DNA of 64,000 bases, from assembly GCF_006345805.1 (NCBI RefSeq), contig NC_043011.1, positions 28,098,464 to 28,162,463 of the forward strand, written 5' to 3'. The number at the start of each line of letters is the position of its first letter. Position 1 is the first letter of the stretch. Of this stretch, positions 22,593-36,450 are shown piece after piece. This DNA is from Octopus sinensis (taxonomy: Eukaryota). The notes under the pieces are model-generated. The model was given only the letters and a program-made list of their open reading frames with translations, was not told the origin of the DNA and did not search any database. The translations under genes and the position numbers were made by a program.

Positions 22593-25316
22593 GTGAGTAT
22601 CTACATGAGTACATGAGCACACATAAAAACGCATAAAATCTGCATGTGATTTTATAGAGTACATTTTCATACTTGATCGGGCAGTCCGGTAATGTATATA
22701 GACCGTTGTTTTGCGATGGCTCGTTTTAATTTAGGGCTCACATCATGGAGAGCCCGGAGCATGTCACTTGTATAATTTTATCTTAACATAGGTAATTTTT
22801 TTATGTTTCGGGTAATATAAAGTCACAAGGGCATTTGCCCGATTGCTTCTTTATTGAAATCGCCATTTTATGAATTAAGATGTACAAAGAAACCATTTCC
22901 TAAACTGGAAAAATTGTATTCTCTGAAAGTATTTCTTTTCAGTAGCTTTAATTTGAGCCTCATATTCATTAGTTTCATCAACAAATATTTATATGAATTT
23001 TTCTAAGATCATCACATGGCTGTTTCACTAGACTTCCAAACATCTTTTATGTATAATACATCAAACACCAAAAGACATTGTCATTCATTCAATAAGCAAT
23101 TCAGTAAAATGGAGTGCAAATTACTAGGAAAATTTTTTAATAAAGAATGGGCTATCGTCATACTTGCCCGTGTGTGACAACAACCAACTGGTAGGAAATG
23201 TTACACCTTCTTTCAAACTGTCACCGTCAAAAAATCAGCATATGAATTGCTAGATATTTGTACGCTAATTCACGACTGAGCAATGTGGAGGGAAGTTATG
23301 GGTAGTCATCCCTCTCTTTTTGTTAATATTTTAATTTGAATTACCTCAATGCATTATTAGAGACACTTTCCTCTTCAGTAAGCAGTAGAGTGTATCTTCT
23401 ATTGCTGTGCAAGCTTGGGAACTATAAGTACTATAATCTGTGTCCATATTATATTTCGTATAAAAAAGCCAGAGTGATTAAAATGGGATCGGGTATAGAG
23501 GAATATATTGGGTTGGGTTATAGAGACACCTCCAACCTTCATCTATATGTCAAAATTAGTTTGACCGCAGTAAAAACTCATCAGCTGATATTTTCATGAA
23601 TATTGAGACATGATAATAATCGTCGGTTTTGTGAAGATTTTCTAACCAAGGGAAAAGGACAAAACTTTTAGAGGCGCGACAGTCAATTATATCGACCTCA
23701 GTATCAGGCTGGGAGTATTTTTATCAATCCTGAAAATATGATGCTCAAATTTGTTTAACACTAGTTCTGAATCTAAAAACTTTCAAAGGACATAATTATA
23801 TACCAGAAGGTATATTGTCTTTACGCTACCAGTTATTCACAATAGAACGTATTAGATAAGAAGTGTGAACGACCGAATTATTCCTACTGACAAGAATGAC
23901 AGCTGGCATTTTTACTGGTAATCTGAGCGGGCCTATCATTTTTACTTAGCTTCAAGTTGACCAGTTGCTTGTTGATGAGATAGAAACTGTGTGGGAATTT
24001 ATCAGAACAGCCTTTTCTCTTCTTAGTTGACACATCTAATCCGCCTCTCACTTTGTATACACCACCTGGTCTTAGTCTCCGCTGTTGAAAATATTTGAGC
24101 CACGCATTCGTTATGAGGTAATTTGCTCCCATACTTCCCATCGGTGACGGAGGTTAGGGAAATGATTATAAGTAAAACCTTCCTCCAATAAAAAAGGAAA
24201 ACCAGAGTTGTGTGTCCCATTGCTGACGTAGAAATAAATAACATGAGATTCATATTATAGGGCAACAGCTCTGTTGCAACAATTACCAAAGCAGGGGATT
24301 ATTTGAGTGCATTTTGCTTTGAAGGTCTCAACAAGGCAAGAATAAAGAAAGATGGCAGGGTACAATGAAAGCTGCAACAACATTTACTTTCATCTCCCCT
24401 GACTAATTGCGCTCTTCCATCGTCTTGTGCTAATATATGTGCAATCGGAGACGAATAGAATATGAAGCGTAAAATAGCAGAAGGAAAAACTCTAGCTGTA
24501 AAGAAATGGAGAACCCAATTTAAAAACATTTAAGAGGTTACAAGAGGACGCGAGCAAGGACTACAGCATTAAATTTACATTCATTTGAAAGGGAAACTAG
24601 TACATCATGAGAAAATTAACAAATACATAGTTCCAAGGATATAGTTTCTATGTTCTAATCATCGCAAATCGCAAAATAATACCAGCATTTTATCATGAGA
24701 TAAATCAAGAGTATATAAAATAGGTGGAACGATTTTTGTCTTTTCCAACACAAATTGAGTTATAGGTGAACATTTTGGGGGCATCAAATATGATTATGAA
24801 TTCTCGTAGGCAATATGAAGTCGAACCAAACCAGTAGGCCTCTCAGGTGTATGAGAGTGGATATGCCTAAATGTTTTTGAACGTAGCTTCAACAAATATT
24901 TCTGATTTAATTAAATATGCGTTTTTTTACAGTTATTTTCGTATTTTACATCTTTAGTCTTACACATCTTTTAAAAACCAAATTAAAATATGCAATATCA
25001 TTTTTTTCCTTTATACAAATACTAAACAGAGCATCTATTATTGGCTTGTATTGATTAGAAGCAAATTTAGTTCGCGTTTATATTGCTGACTAAAAACATG
25101 CAAATGGATGCTCGCATTATAGTATATTCTTCGTATAATGACACTTAGGGTCATTTCATATTTACATGGCTTGATCTTATTCATCAATATGAATATATTA
25201 CCCCCTCTTAGGTTTAATGCTTTACATATCAGTATGACTATGTATAAATGAAATTGAATGCAATTTCCCGCAGTAAGTAAACGAAAATTAATATATTATT
25301 ATGAACATCATCATCA

Positions 25317-25368
<52 letters not shown>

Positions 25369-26296
25369 CAGTAGTAGTAGTAGTAGTAGTCCTTTGTAAC
25401 ACAGTGTAACAAATAGAGAAGACATCAAAGAAAAAAATATTTAAGCATATCTCTTAAAAATGTAGGGGGTCTTTGAAATATCATCAAAAGAACAACTCAA
25501 CATAGCCATGTCTTCGAGGTGAAGAAAAATCAACTCCTTTGAGCGAGATAAAAATTATGGGTTATTATCATCGATTTATAGATACGAAATTCTGTCCCAA
25601 GCTAGGTAAAGATATCGAAGTAAACTCCTTCCTCTACACATGCACAAAGTAGTTGGGCCACAGAAATGTTCATGAGATAATGAACGATATGAATCTCAGA
25701 TTCATTGTGAAGGTTCTTTGAAATTATAATGATGTCGATGCTCTCTAACTGTTTTACAAGTTCTAAATAAATGATAGTGAAGAAATATTTCTGCTTTCAG
25801 TTATTATTCGAAGTCTTAATATTCGAAAGGTTTGATGAAGATTTGATATATAACTAAAAATAATTATTATTATTTAAAAAATATGAAGCAAAAGAAATAT
25901 CAACCAACTTTGTTCGCTGTCCTTGGTCTGTGCCATTGTAATTGATTCGAAGACGTTCCAATTATCAAGTGAACCATAATAAAGAAATACTTCAAAATGG
26001 TCTTGTAAAAGATCATATCGTTAGACGATCAGTGGAACGGTAATGATTTGAAGTTAGCTAATGGATGACTTGGTCGGCTCTAGGGTAATTGATGTGAACA
26101 TAACAACTACAGCGGGCGGCAACAACAAAAGCAAAAGCCTCAGTTTACACCACTACCAATTCATATATTCATATATTATAATTGTAGTAGTTGTTGTTGG
26201 TTTTGTTGTTGATGATGTTGTTGCTTACATCTAACTCATCTCATACAATCAAAACCTTTACTGTCTTGGTCTTCCAGCGTTTTATCATTTTCTTTA

Positions 26297-26365
<69 letters not shown>

Positions 26366-26686
26366 TTTATTTTATTTTTTGCCTGACATGGTATATTTAC
26401 GACTACGTTAACATATGTTTTAAAGCAGCATAGTTAATAGTTCGTTTCGCAGTCATGACATCTTAAGTACGCTCTTACAGCATTTTGCATACGCTTCATT
26501 CCCAATAGCTGCGGCTTGAGCTATGCAATGCGAAAGAACTGGGCAAATGGAAAATATGTGAAATTAGGTTGGATAAATTGTAACTTGAATTTAAGCATCC
26601 AGCTCTTTCAAAAATGACATCAGGCACATTCTGTTTTGATAACTGTTTATACTCCGTCTCCAAATGCTGTGGTACCGCCACGATAT

Positions 26687-26946
26687 TGTGACGGATGGTT
26701 TAGATACGCTGTACCAGTATGGCAAAAGTAAAGAAGATAATGATGCAGCCGTAATATCAACGTAATGATCCAATAATCTCTTCTTCACGAATCAACAATT
26801 AATATTCTCAACTAACTAACCAACACCTTCCGACTTCACTGCGAACTCAACTCGGACTAACACACAAATTACACTCCGACTGCGACTATTTGTTATCACT
26901 TGGTCCAGTCTGTCTCTCGCAAAGGAGCGTCGTAACTCTCATCACA
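26687..26946. mobile_element. Possible solo LTR
   Basis: 260 bp bounded by TGTGA...TCACA inverted termini; no matching TSD (gatat vs acaat). Confidence 0.3.
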
Positions 26947-27149
26947 ACAATAACCATCCGAATAATACCCGTGATTGTAGAATACTCAGCTCCTTACATG
27001 TTAAGCGATTGAGCAATTCAGTGGTGCGAAGTATCGAATACTGTGGAACGGGAGAAAAGTTCTCTTGCCTAATCTGTACATCGTTTTATTAACATGGTAG
27101 GATGTCAGCTAAATAAGAGTGGGTTGTTATTTCTAATAAGTCTAAAGCA

Positions 27150-27345
27150 TGGAGCTTGCAGGATCATTCGCTACTCGGCCAAAATGTTTATCGGAATTTC
27201 TTCCCACCCTTTAGGTACTGAGTTCGAATTCTGCCGATTTAGACTTGGCTTTTCATGTTTTAGAGGTATATAAGTACCAGTTGAACACAAGAATCGATGT
27301 AATAGATTTATTCCCGATCCTGAAATTTCTGGCGCTGTGCCAAAA
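27150..27345 (+). mobile_element. SINE family A, old copy
   Basis: tactgagttcgaattctgccgatttagacttggcttttcatg...taagtaccagttg matches the family A forward strand. Confidence 0.65.
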
Positions 27346-29699
27346 CTTTCAAACAGCTTTTACTACGTCAAGCGACAACGGAGACATTTGCTATGGATGT
27401 TATTGTGATTGTTCTTTAGCCGAAGATTAAGATTATTCAAACAGACCAATAATCAATAGCATCCTATATGTGATTGGCCAGTGCTTATATTCTTGTCTAA
27501 GACTTCGCCATCTAAAATGGTATTTCTTTTTATTTAAGACGATAAGGTGTGATTTTAGGGCAGAATTACCTATTATTCTTAACGGGTTGTACGGCTACGT
27601 AGAGGTTCATTCATAAACATCTAGTTTTTTGTAGCTGACTAAACCAGTTATGATTGGGTAGACTGTAGTATTCAGCACTTTTAGTTGGATTTGTTATATT
27701 TAACAATCACTCGTCTTAGCTCCACGTTCATTAATGGCCGGACTGAGTGCATGGATGTTTATGCGCGTGTATGGGGACTGACATAATGCCGGGTGCAATA
27801 AATTGTCTTCGTAGTTTTGAGTCCCCACACCCTCACACTATTCATTCGCATTGCCTGTTATTTTCTACAATAATCATTCACCATAGCTACGGATCGCTCA
27901 ACTGACTGAAATTGTGTAAACAAAACCTCGTTGGAAGCTCGTTGTATTGACTTTTGCGATAATTCAAAACGGTGAGCTTTGTCATATATAAACTGTACCA
28001 AGCTTCATAAATGTCGATTACCCACTCACGCGATAATCCAATAAGTATATGATTAATTTCATCGTAAAACTGGAATACTGATCATAGCAACCAAGAATAT
28101 CAATTTAGTTTCTACGTTTGTGTAGATTTGTTACTAACATATGGTGTCAGAAGATGTAGACGTCTGAGAAAATCTACAAAGCAGCGTTTCCGAAACTAAT
28201 GTCTTGTAGTTTATGTTCTCCGCACCCAGTGACACACACACATACACACACACACTCGTCACTCTCACCGTTCTCAAAGGACAAACAATTGCCAATATCA
28301 TAACTAAGATTAAATCGTTTGACAAGTATACCAGGAGCAGCTATTTTTATAATCCGAAATCACCGAAAGAAATGAAAGCTGCTATTTCAAGCCGGCGTGA
28401 TTTGCTACTTGCAAATCGGATAGACTTTAAAAGTTGCAACGAAATAATCACACGCGTATATACATATACTCATATACTCATGCTAGCACAGGTAAACAGA
28501 TATATTGACAAAATGGACAGAAACCTGTACACTAAACTTTTCCCCTAAAGAGATCTATAATGAAGATTGACGATAGACACTATCAGCTTGTGTAAATATT
28601 CCATTCGATGACCAAGCTAAATTTGATTAGAACAATACCATTGTTACACAAAATAACTTCCTCTATATTATTTACTGGCGTATGTTAATAGTTGGGGTTA
28701 GAATATGTTATTGGTCCTGGAGTGAAGTGAGGACTTAGGGAATTAGCGATGTAAAAATGAAAAACAGAGAGTGAGAAGGAAAAATACAGAGAGAAATACA
28801 AAGAGCGTGAAAGAAAAAAGACAGAGAGAGAGAGAGAGAAAAATACATAGAGACAGGCAGACAGAGACAGAAAGACAGACAGACAAAGACCAGCTGAGAC
28901 AAATAAAAAGATTTATGAGAAAGAGAGGAGGAAACAGGGATTTCGAGATTGCAGGAGAAAATTGATATGTATACGTTAGAATGACAAAATAAAAGAGAAA
29001 TTGAAACAAAGGATGACATTTGATGCAAAAGAATGAAATGAATAGCAATTAGAAATGTGTGAATGTTTTTCTGTAAAAAGAATATAATTAGAGGAGTGGA
29101 AACAAGGAAGACGTTTTAGTGAAGGACAACTGAACAGAACACGCGTCCGTTTCTCATTTGAGGATAAGAAAATGACGTGAGATACCATGAAAACGCATAC
29201 ATATATACATACAAACATGTGTGTATGTGTGTGTGTATATATGTTTGTATGTGCCTATACACACTCACATGTATATTTATATATTTATATATATATTTGT
29301 GCACGTGTGTGTGTACGCATGTGTATTTATGTTGGGTTTTTTAAAATACAAATTTGAAAGATAATCATTTACAGTGATACTCAGTAAAAATGCTCAATAG
29401 TCGCAGTATGGCAAAATGGTTTAGAAGGCTGCTTCGCAATCCCCAGATGCTAGGTTCAATCTCAGTTTTTTTTAATTGATTGCCCAGTAGAGCTGTTACA
29501 AAAAGCTTGCCTCCTTGGCGCGGCCAGAATAAACGGGGAAGTATTAGACAGTTGAAACGGACAGATAGCACGGTACAGCAGGCTGCATGTAGCAAGCCCT
29601 CTACACATGCAAAACTCTACGTGTTCTAACAAAACCGGAGTTAAAAAGATTAATGTTAAATAGATAAATAAATAATAATGATAATAAAAACAATAATGG

Positions 29700-29880
29700 T
29701 TTCAAATTTTGCACAAAGACCGCCATTTTCGGGAAAGAGATGAGTCGATTACATCCACCCCAGTGTTTCACTGGTACTTAATTTATCGACCCCAAAAGAT
29801 TGAATGGCAAAGTCGACCTCGTCGGATTTCGAACTCAGAACTTAGCGACAGAACGCTGAGCATTTCGTCCAGCGCGCTAA
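29700..29880 (-). mobile_element. SINE family A copy
   Basis: gtcgattacatccaccccagtgtttcactggtacttaatttatcgacccc...gtcgacctcgtcggatttcgaactcagaac. Confidence 0.8.
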
Positions 29881-30057
29881 CGTCGGGAATGTCACCCGCA
29901 GAAATTCCTTTAATAATCGCTTTTCTAGTGTGGCTCGCACTACGATTCTTTGTGATACATCAACACATTGATACACAGTAAGAAATAATTTGCATTTGTG
30001 TTGCGCATATTTTTATCACTTTTAGCATTCAGTATTTCTTTCATATTTATAATGAAT

Positions 30058-31685
30058 TTATCGTTTTCTGATTTTCATTCTATCTTGTAAAGTCACTGAC
30101 AGTTCACGAATAACGTTACACAAAACATTTCTAATTTCATTTTCCGCTTGCAAAGCATCAATCATGGTATCTTCAAATAGTTTCACATTTTTAGAAATCA
30201 GTCTAGATAAACAAACCGCATAACCTAGTTTCTTGGATGGTATACACTCCATCTTGAAACCATAGCTTAATAATATCGTACTCCATCGTTGTATTAGCAA
30301 TATGGGTAGGAATTCCTTTTTTCGACACAAATAGTGACAATGATCGATGGTGATCAGTTTGTGAACGAAAGCTTCTACTGTGTAAAAATCTGTGAAATGT
30401 TTCACGGCTAAAGTAATCTCTAGAGCATTCCTTTTCGATTTGATATTTTTCTCTGCTGCTATCAGAGAACGTGAGTCATTAGCCACCACCTTCATGTTAC
30501 CATCTTTATATTTATGTAGCATTATCTTTCCTATACTGTACTCAGAAGCGTTTGAAGCTGCAACTATCTCCGTTGCAAGATCGATGTGTGCTAATGACAA
30601 ATCAGATATTTATACCTTTTCTATATTTCGTCAATCATCTTTTGACAGTTTTTCGACCAATTCCATTTCATATCTTTTTTCGGCAGATTATTCTGTAGAA
30701 CCCTCAAGTTATGCACATCCGGAGTATAATTTTGGTAATAATTCGGCAACCCCAAATATGCTTCTAAGGTGGATATATTAATCGGAGTGGTCATATTTTT
30801 AATCACGTCTGCTCTCGACATGTCTAGTCGACGTCCATTTCTGCGAATGATTTGTCCTAAATATTTTATTTTCGGTAAGAAAAACTCACACTTTTCTTCA
30901 CTCAAAATAAAGCCGCATTCCATAATCTTTTCGAATACATATTTTACGTACTCTACGTGTTCATCCCTAGATTCAATTTTAATGAGTCTATCATCCAAAT
31001 ATGAAATTGCGAATTCACAGTCTGCTAACATTGCATCCATAATCTGTTGAAAAACCGCTGATACGACTTTTAGGGCAGATAGTAACATGTATTTATACAG
31101 TTCTTTATGCGTGTTAACTGTTAGGTATTTAAAGCATACATTGTCTACTCTAATTTCTAGATACGCGTCAGAGAGAAAATATCTTACCACCGTTTAATTT
31201 CGCAAAAATATCATCAGATGTATGTAGCCGATAGTGGCATATTTTAACACATTCATTTAAACCACTGGAGAATCAGTGCACATCTGATTTTATTATTCCT
31301 TTTCTTAATGTACGCAGTCGGTGCTTCCCATTTAAAATATTGCAGTTTTTGGATATCTCCAGTATTTTCTAGTCTCTTTAACTCTAAGTTCATCTGTTCT
31401 AACCATGCGAACGGTACCGTTCGTTTTTGTTTAAATGTCGGCATGGCATTTTCTTGTATTTGAAACCCTGCCTTCTAATATATTGGACAGTAGCTCAGGA
31501 AAAATATTTTTTTTAATTGTTTTAATTCATCTGACAATTTATTTTTGCTGGAGGAAAACCATTTACATTTTTAAAGAAAAGTTTTATGGGGAGGTACCAT
31601 AAATTAAACAACTTCATCCAGTCAGTACTGAACAAGTTTCTTGTATTATTTAACACCCAAAATTTTAGTCTTTAAGGCTGTAACA
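30058..31685 (-). pseudogene. Ty3/Gypsy pol remnant (post-protease linker, RT, RNase H)
   Basis: DAYLEI...TVNTHKELYKY...VFQQIMDAML...SYLDD...KCEFFLPKIKYLGQII (RT) and ASNASEYSIG...SRSLIAAEKN...LQRWSTILLSYGF (RNase H). Frameshifted; no LTRs recognised. Confidence 0.92.
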
Positions 31686-31699
31686 CCCTGTGGGCCAGT

Positions 31700-32440
31700 G
31701 TACCTGTAAGTGTATCGTTCAGTTTTGGGCGCTGGTAGTGCAGGGCTTGGAATTTTCCTGAATTAAACTGCATATTATTGTCCTTAGGCCATCAGTAAAT
31801 TGCGTCCAACTCCTGCAGGCGTGCAACTACGCTGTTTTGTATTTTCTGTGAGACTTTTGTATCGTCTGCGTAACTAGCAAGGGTGGCTATCCGGACAGCC
31901 GAAGGCATAGCTAAATGGACAACTATAAAATCGGTGATCCCAAGACAACTCCCTGTGGAACACCACTTACTATTTGTGTTTCCTTTGAGGAAACCAATGC
32001 CTGACTTCTATCTTTCAGAAATTCATGTAACCACTTTCCAAATTTTCCACCTATGCCAATATCACGCAGTTTGTGGCATATCATACCGTGATCAACTTTA
32101 TCAAAAGCTTTTGCGAAGCCAATATATATTACATCCACATTTGAGTTGTTGAGTAACTGCTTCAACAGCCAGTCACAGTGCTGTTGGAGCCATATGAGGC
32201 AGCTCCTACCTGGTCGAAAACCATGCCGGTTATTACTCAGCAAGTCCTTTTCTTCAAGAATGTGATTAGTTTCAATATGAATATTCGTTCCATGACCTTG
32301 CTGATGTGCGAAGCCAAAGATATAGGCTTATAATTCTTTACATCTGCGGTGCTTCTTCCTTTATGGATTGGGCATATTATTCCCTCCTTCAGTTTGACAT
32401 TTGCAAGAAGACTCTAGAAGAGAATTTGTTGTGATTTTGC
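31700..32440 (-). pseudogene. CR1/Jockey-group LINE RT fragment abutting the Gypsy remnant
   Basis: NYKPISLASHISKVMER...HGFRPGRSC...DVIYIGFAKAFDKVDH...SGVPQGVVLGSP...SYADDTK...WPKDNNMQFNSGKFQ. Confidence 0.92.
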
Positions 32441-33169
32441 CAAGGTACTTTTGCACGATTTGAGGAGGATTGCTGGGGAACCAAATTAAACGAAGTTAAA
32501 AATAAATCACCTGCCTAAGGGACATAATTGTTATAAGGTTATTATATTTCTACATTTTATTTCAAAATACAGTGGGGCACTCTTCTGTAGGTATACCATA
32601 TGTGTCATATAACGACACAGATGATAACATGTGTGTCTGTTTGTGCGAGGTGGGATGTGTATAACTGTAATAAGTTCCATTACGTCATATTGATATACGT
32701 ATTACTTAATAAGTATTATTTTGCATTCGTTCTATATTTATATCTGTAAAACATCAGTGTTTTGTTATTTCGCTGCCTACATTCACTAGTAACCGTAGAA
32801 GTTCATTTTCGCTTTATTACCTGAATCCCTTCAGAATAGAAACCGTAACTTAGATTTGATTTCAACATCTTTCCTTTGTTACACGTATTCCACATGAGAA
32901 TTTATGAGGTCATCTGTCATTTTCCTATCTCACTTCAGCATATTTGTACATTTAATTTGAAAATACCCATTTCCTTAAATATGGAAAGAAAGAAATTCGG
33001 TCGGGCACTCTTCTATAGGTATGCTATGTGAGTAATATAACGACACACGTAATAGCATGTGTGTCGTTGTATGTGTGTGTATCTCTATGTCTCTGTGTGT
33101 GTCTATGCTGTAAGAAAAAGCGGAGCCGATGTTGAGAGTCATCCAAGAATAAAATTATTTCAGTCAACA

Positions 33170-34942
33170 ATCGGAAGAGTTACTATGAAGTGTCTTTTTG
33201 AAGCTGACTTCCTTCTCCTTCGTAAGCACGATTGATAGTCAAACTGTTCGTACTTATAGAGAAGCCTGTTTAGCATTGAATTTGTTAGATGTCAATCAGT
33301 GGAATAGAATAATGGATGAGGCTTCAGTGTCACGCATACTTATTTCTTTGAGAGATCTTTTTGCAATTCTTCTCCTGAATTGTGAAGCAAGTAATCCATT
33401 AGCGTTGTGACACAAATATAAGAATGATTTATCAGAAGACTAAAAATATAAACCACAATTAAGACTTCCTGAGTGCGAAATGGCATTCAACGATGACATA
33501 TAATTCTGCATTGGTTGATATTGAAGATCGCGTTGTCTCAATGGGAAGAGAGAAGCTCAGCAAGTTTAGTTTACCGGAAGCTCATCAAAATGAGGTGAGT
33601 AATTTCATCATAGAAGTTTTGCGAGACACTTCATATAATATTGGTTAATTAACAATACTCCTTGAAGAAATTTCCAGAGATTTTTGGCAGAGCAATAACT
33701 TGCATATACAACAATCATTGACTAATTGACGCTTTCAGGTGATTCTCATGGGAACAAAGATGGATGAATGGAACGCATGCTTCAAATCTGTTTTGTAGAA
33801 ATATAACAGTGTTAAAGCTTTCTACAAATATGAGGGCAGATTTTCATGGGGATCATCTGTCGGAACAATTTGCCCTTAGAATTAAGGCTAGATATCAATC
33901 ATAAACGTGACTTGAATCCATCAAAAATCTGCACTTTGGTCAGCTAGGTCGAGGAACGTATTGTAAATGTATTTCTTGGAATAATTTCAAATTACACAAA
34001 TGCTGCTTGGTTGTGCTAAAGAGCAATCATGGTACCAAAGAACGTTACTGTGAATAATTTAAGTAAAAGAATCAAAAAACTATTACCAGGAAACGAATAT
34101 AGTTACAAATTTATAGATTTGTGGATGACTTAGAAATAGTCAATTACCATGTGGAGTTCTTAAACTGATTGCAGCCACCAGGAGCTCCACCTCATTGCCT
34201 TCCATTGAAAATAGACGCTATAATCATGCTTCTGCGTAACCTTTCACAACCAAAGCTGTGCAATATCATACAGGCCACAATAATTTCTGACTGCGAAAAA
34301 GGTGAAGATGTTTTTATTCCTTCGTGTTTAAATGACTTCAATTTCCAGAAAGTCTGTCTTTTGCGATGCCTATTAAAAAGTCCCAAGGTCAGATTTGAAA
34401 GTTGCTGATTTGCAATTAGAAGCGGACAATTTCTCACACGGTCAGTTATATGTTGGGACACCGACAGTGGGCAGCATGAACAATCTTTTCATTTTTGCCA
34501 CTACTGGTAAAACCCGAAACATTGTTATAAAGAAGTTTTTAACCATGGGATAAACAAACTAAAATTTGCAGAATGATTAAATAAATTTAAGCTGATATTG
34601 TCAACGTCACACCATATACATCTAAGAAAAGCTATCTGTATTTTTGCTTGTTGTAATGCATAAGTTCAGTAAATTATAATACATATACTTTTAGATTTCC
34701 CCGAACATCTATTTACTTACCTTGTGCTAGGCATAAGCTAAAGTATGTGCGATGTTTCCTTCATTCATAGACTGAAATACGATAGATCATAGATCAGAAG
34801 TTTATATGCACATATGATAATACTGGCCAGAAGAAAACAACTTTATCGTCTACATGAAAGTTAACAGCCATTATTTTATATACGTTCATAGTACAATTTT
34901 GGCAGCTTCTTTCAACCCAGTCAATGACGGGTGTTCCCGCTA

Positions 34943-34943
<1 letters not shown>
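33170..34943 (+). mobile_element. Helitron remnant: PIF1-type helicase pseudogene plus 3' terminus
   Basis: TYREACLALNLL...[51 protein letters not shown] and KTRNIVYKEVF are RepHel motifs. 3' hairpin accc(a)gtca-a-tgacgggt followed by CTAG (34940-34943) and T. Confidence 0.88.
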
Positions 34944-35007
<64 letters not shown>

Positions 35008-35049
35008 AATTAAGGACTGAACACGAAAAAGTGGACAGTCAACATAATG

Positions 35050-35097
<48 letters not shown>

Positions 35098-35131
35098 GTA
35101 AATTAATGTGTGACAATTATTCAATACCCAA

Positions 35132-35192
35132 GATAAAACTCTGAGTTTCGGATGCCGAAGTGGAAATCCACAACACCATCTCTTCAGTTATC
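35132..35192 (-). ncRNA. Minimal type I hammerhead ribozyme, near-intact variant
   Basis: Reverse strand: gataa CTGAAGA gatg..gtgg-attt-ccac..catc(c) GAAA ctcagag TT ttatc. 5-bp stem I, quasi-palindromic ACTCAGAGT, GUU triplet, one extra C before GAAA. Confidence 0.72.
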
Positions 35193-35356
35193 TGGCCATA
35201 TACCCTCCATATCTTGGCTATTAAATAATTGTCATATATTAATTTACAGATAAATTTCCTCTATTTACATAATATTGAGGTTTCTTTCTTTCTTTTATTA
35301 TCTTACCGTTTTTTACCTATATATATATATATTATATAATATATATATATATATAT

Positions 35357-35575
35357 ACTCTTTTTTACTCTTTTATTTGTTTCAGTCATTTGACTGCGGG
35401 TATGCTGGAGCACCTCCTTTAGTCGAGCAAATCGACCCCAGGACTTATTCTTTGGCAGCCTAGTACTTATTCTATCAATCTCTTTTCCCGAACCGCTATG
35501 TTACGGGAACATAAACACACCACCATCGGTTGTCAAGCGATGTTGGGTTGACAACAGACACACAAACATATACAC
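35357..35575 (-). mobile_element. SINE family B, 3' portion
   Basis: tactcttttatttgtttcagtcatttgactgcggg...gtcgagcaaatcgaccccaggacttattc matches 14311-14520. Confidence 0.8.
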
Positions 35576-35579
35576 ATAG

Positions 35580-35583
35580 GTAC

Positions 35584-35616
<33 letters not shown>

Positions 35617-35657
35617 TGCATACCACACGCGCGCACACACGTGAACACACACATATG

Positions 35658-35704
<47 letters not shown>

Positions 35705-35758
35705 TTATATATATAAATGTATATATATATGTATATATATATATACATATATATATGT

Positions 35759-35806
<48 letters not shown>

Positions 35807-35945
35807 AATGTATATATATATTATATATATACATATATATATGTATATATATTATATAATATATATATATATATATATAAATATATATATATTATATATA
35901 TATATATACATATATATATATTATATATATATACATAATATATTG

Positions 35946-36037
<92 letters not shown>

Positions 36038-36047
36038 ATATATATAT
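35580..36047. repeat. (TA)n-based compound microsatellite
   Basis: Directly visible. Confidence 0.95.
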
Positions 36048-36067
36048 GCCCTCCTTCTGGAGGCCAT

Positions 36068-36192
36068 ATCAGGCTGGAGGGAATATCAGCCGAAACGTTG
36101 CGTTAACAACAAACAGGATGAGGACAATTATCCGTCGAATGTAAATAATGTAAATAATGTACATAATTCCTCATCTCTTAAATATAGAACTG
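36068..36192 (+). mobile_element. 5'-truncated copy of the 11712-11891 hammerhead-tail family
   Basis: aggctggagggaatatcagccGAAAcgttgcgttaac...cataattcctcatctcttaaatatagaactg; begins just downstream of where CTGATGA should be. Confidence 0.75.
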
Positions 36193-36413
36193 AAATGGGT
36201 GTCATGTTTTCATTGATCGATTAAATGAAAGGGCGGTGATGCACTGATACATGGACATCCTTGTTACTTATTTGCTTTTTATCCATCTAACTTCGAGCTC
36301 CACGGACTATACCGAACTGGCTTAGTACCTCAACTTAAGTACGTAATTGAAGTGAATCTTAATTATTTCTTATATATATATACATTCATACACATATTTA
36401 TATATATATATAT

Positions 36414-36450
<37 letters not shown>

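Noticed and set aside
23520-23590. Minus-strand CTGATGA next to a small hairpin
   Set aside because: No correctly placed GAAA or stem I.
27785-28050. Possible mariner-derived MITE (gggtgcaataaattgtc...)
   Set aside because: No matching right TIR found, so boundaries cannot be supported.
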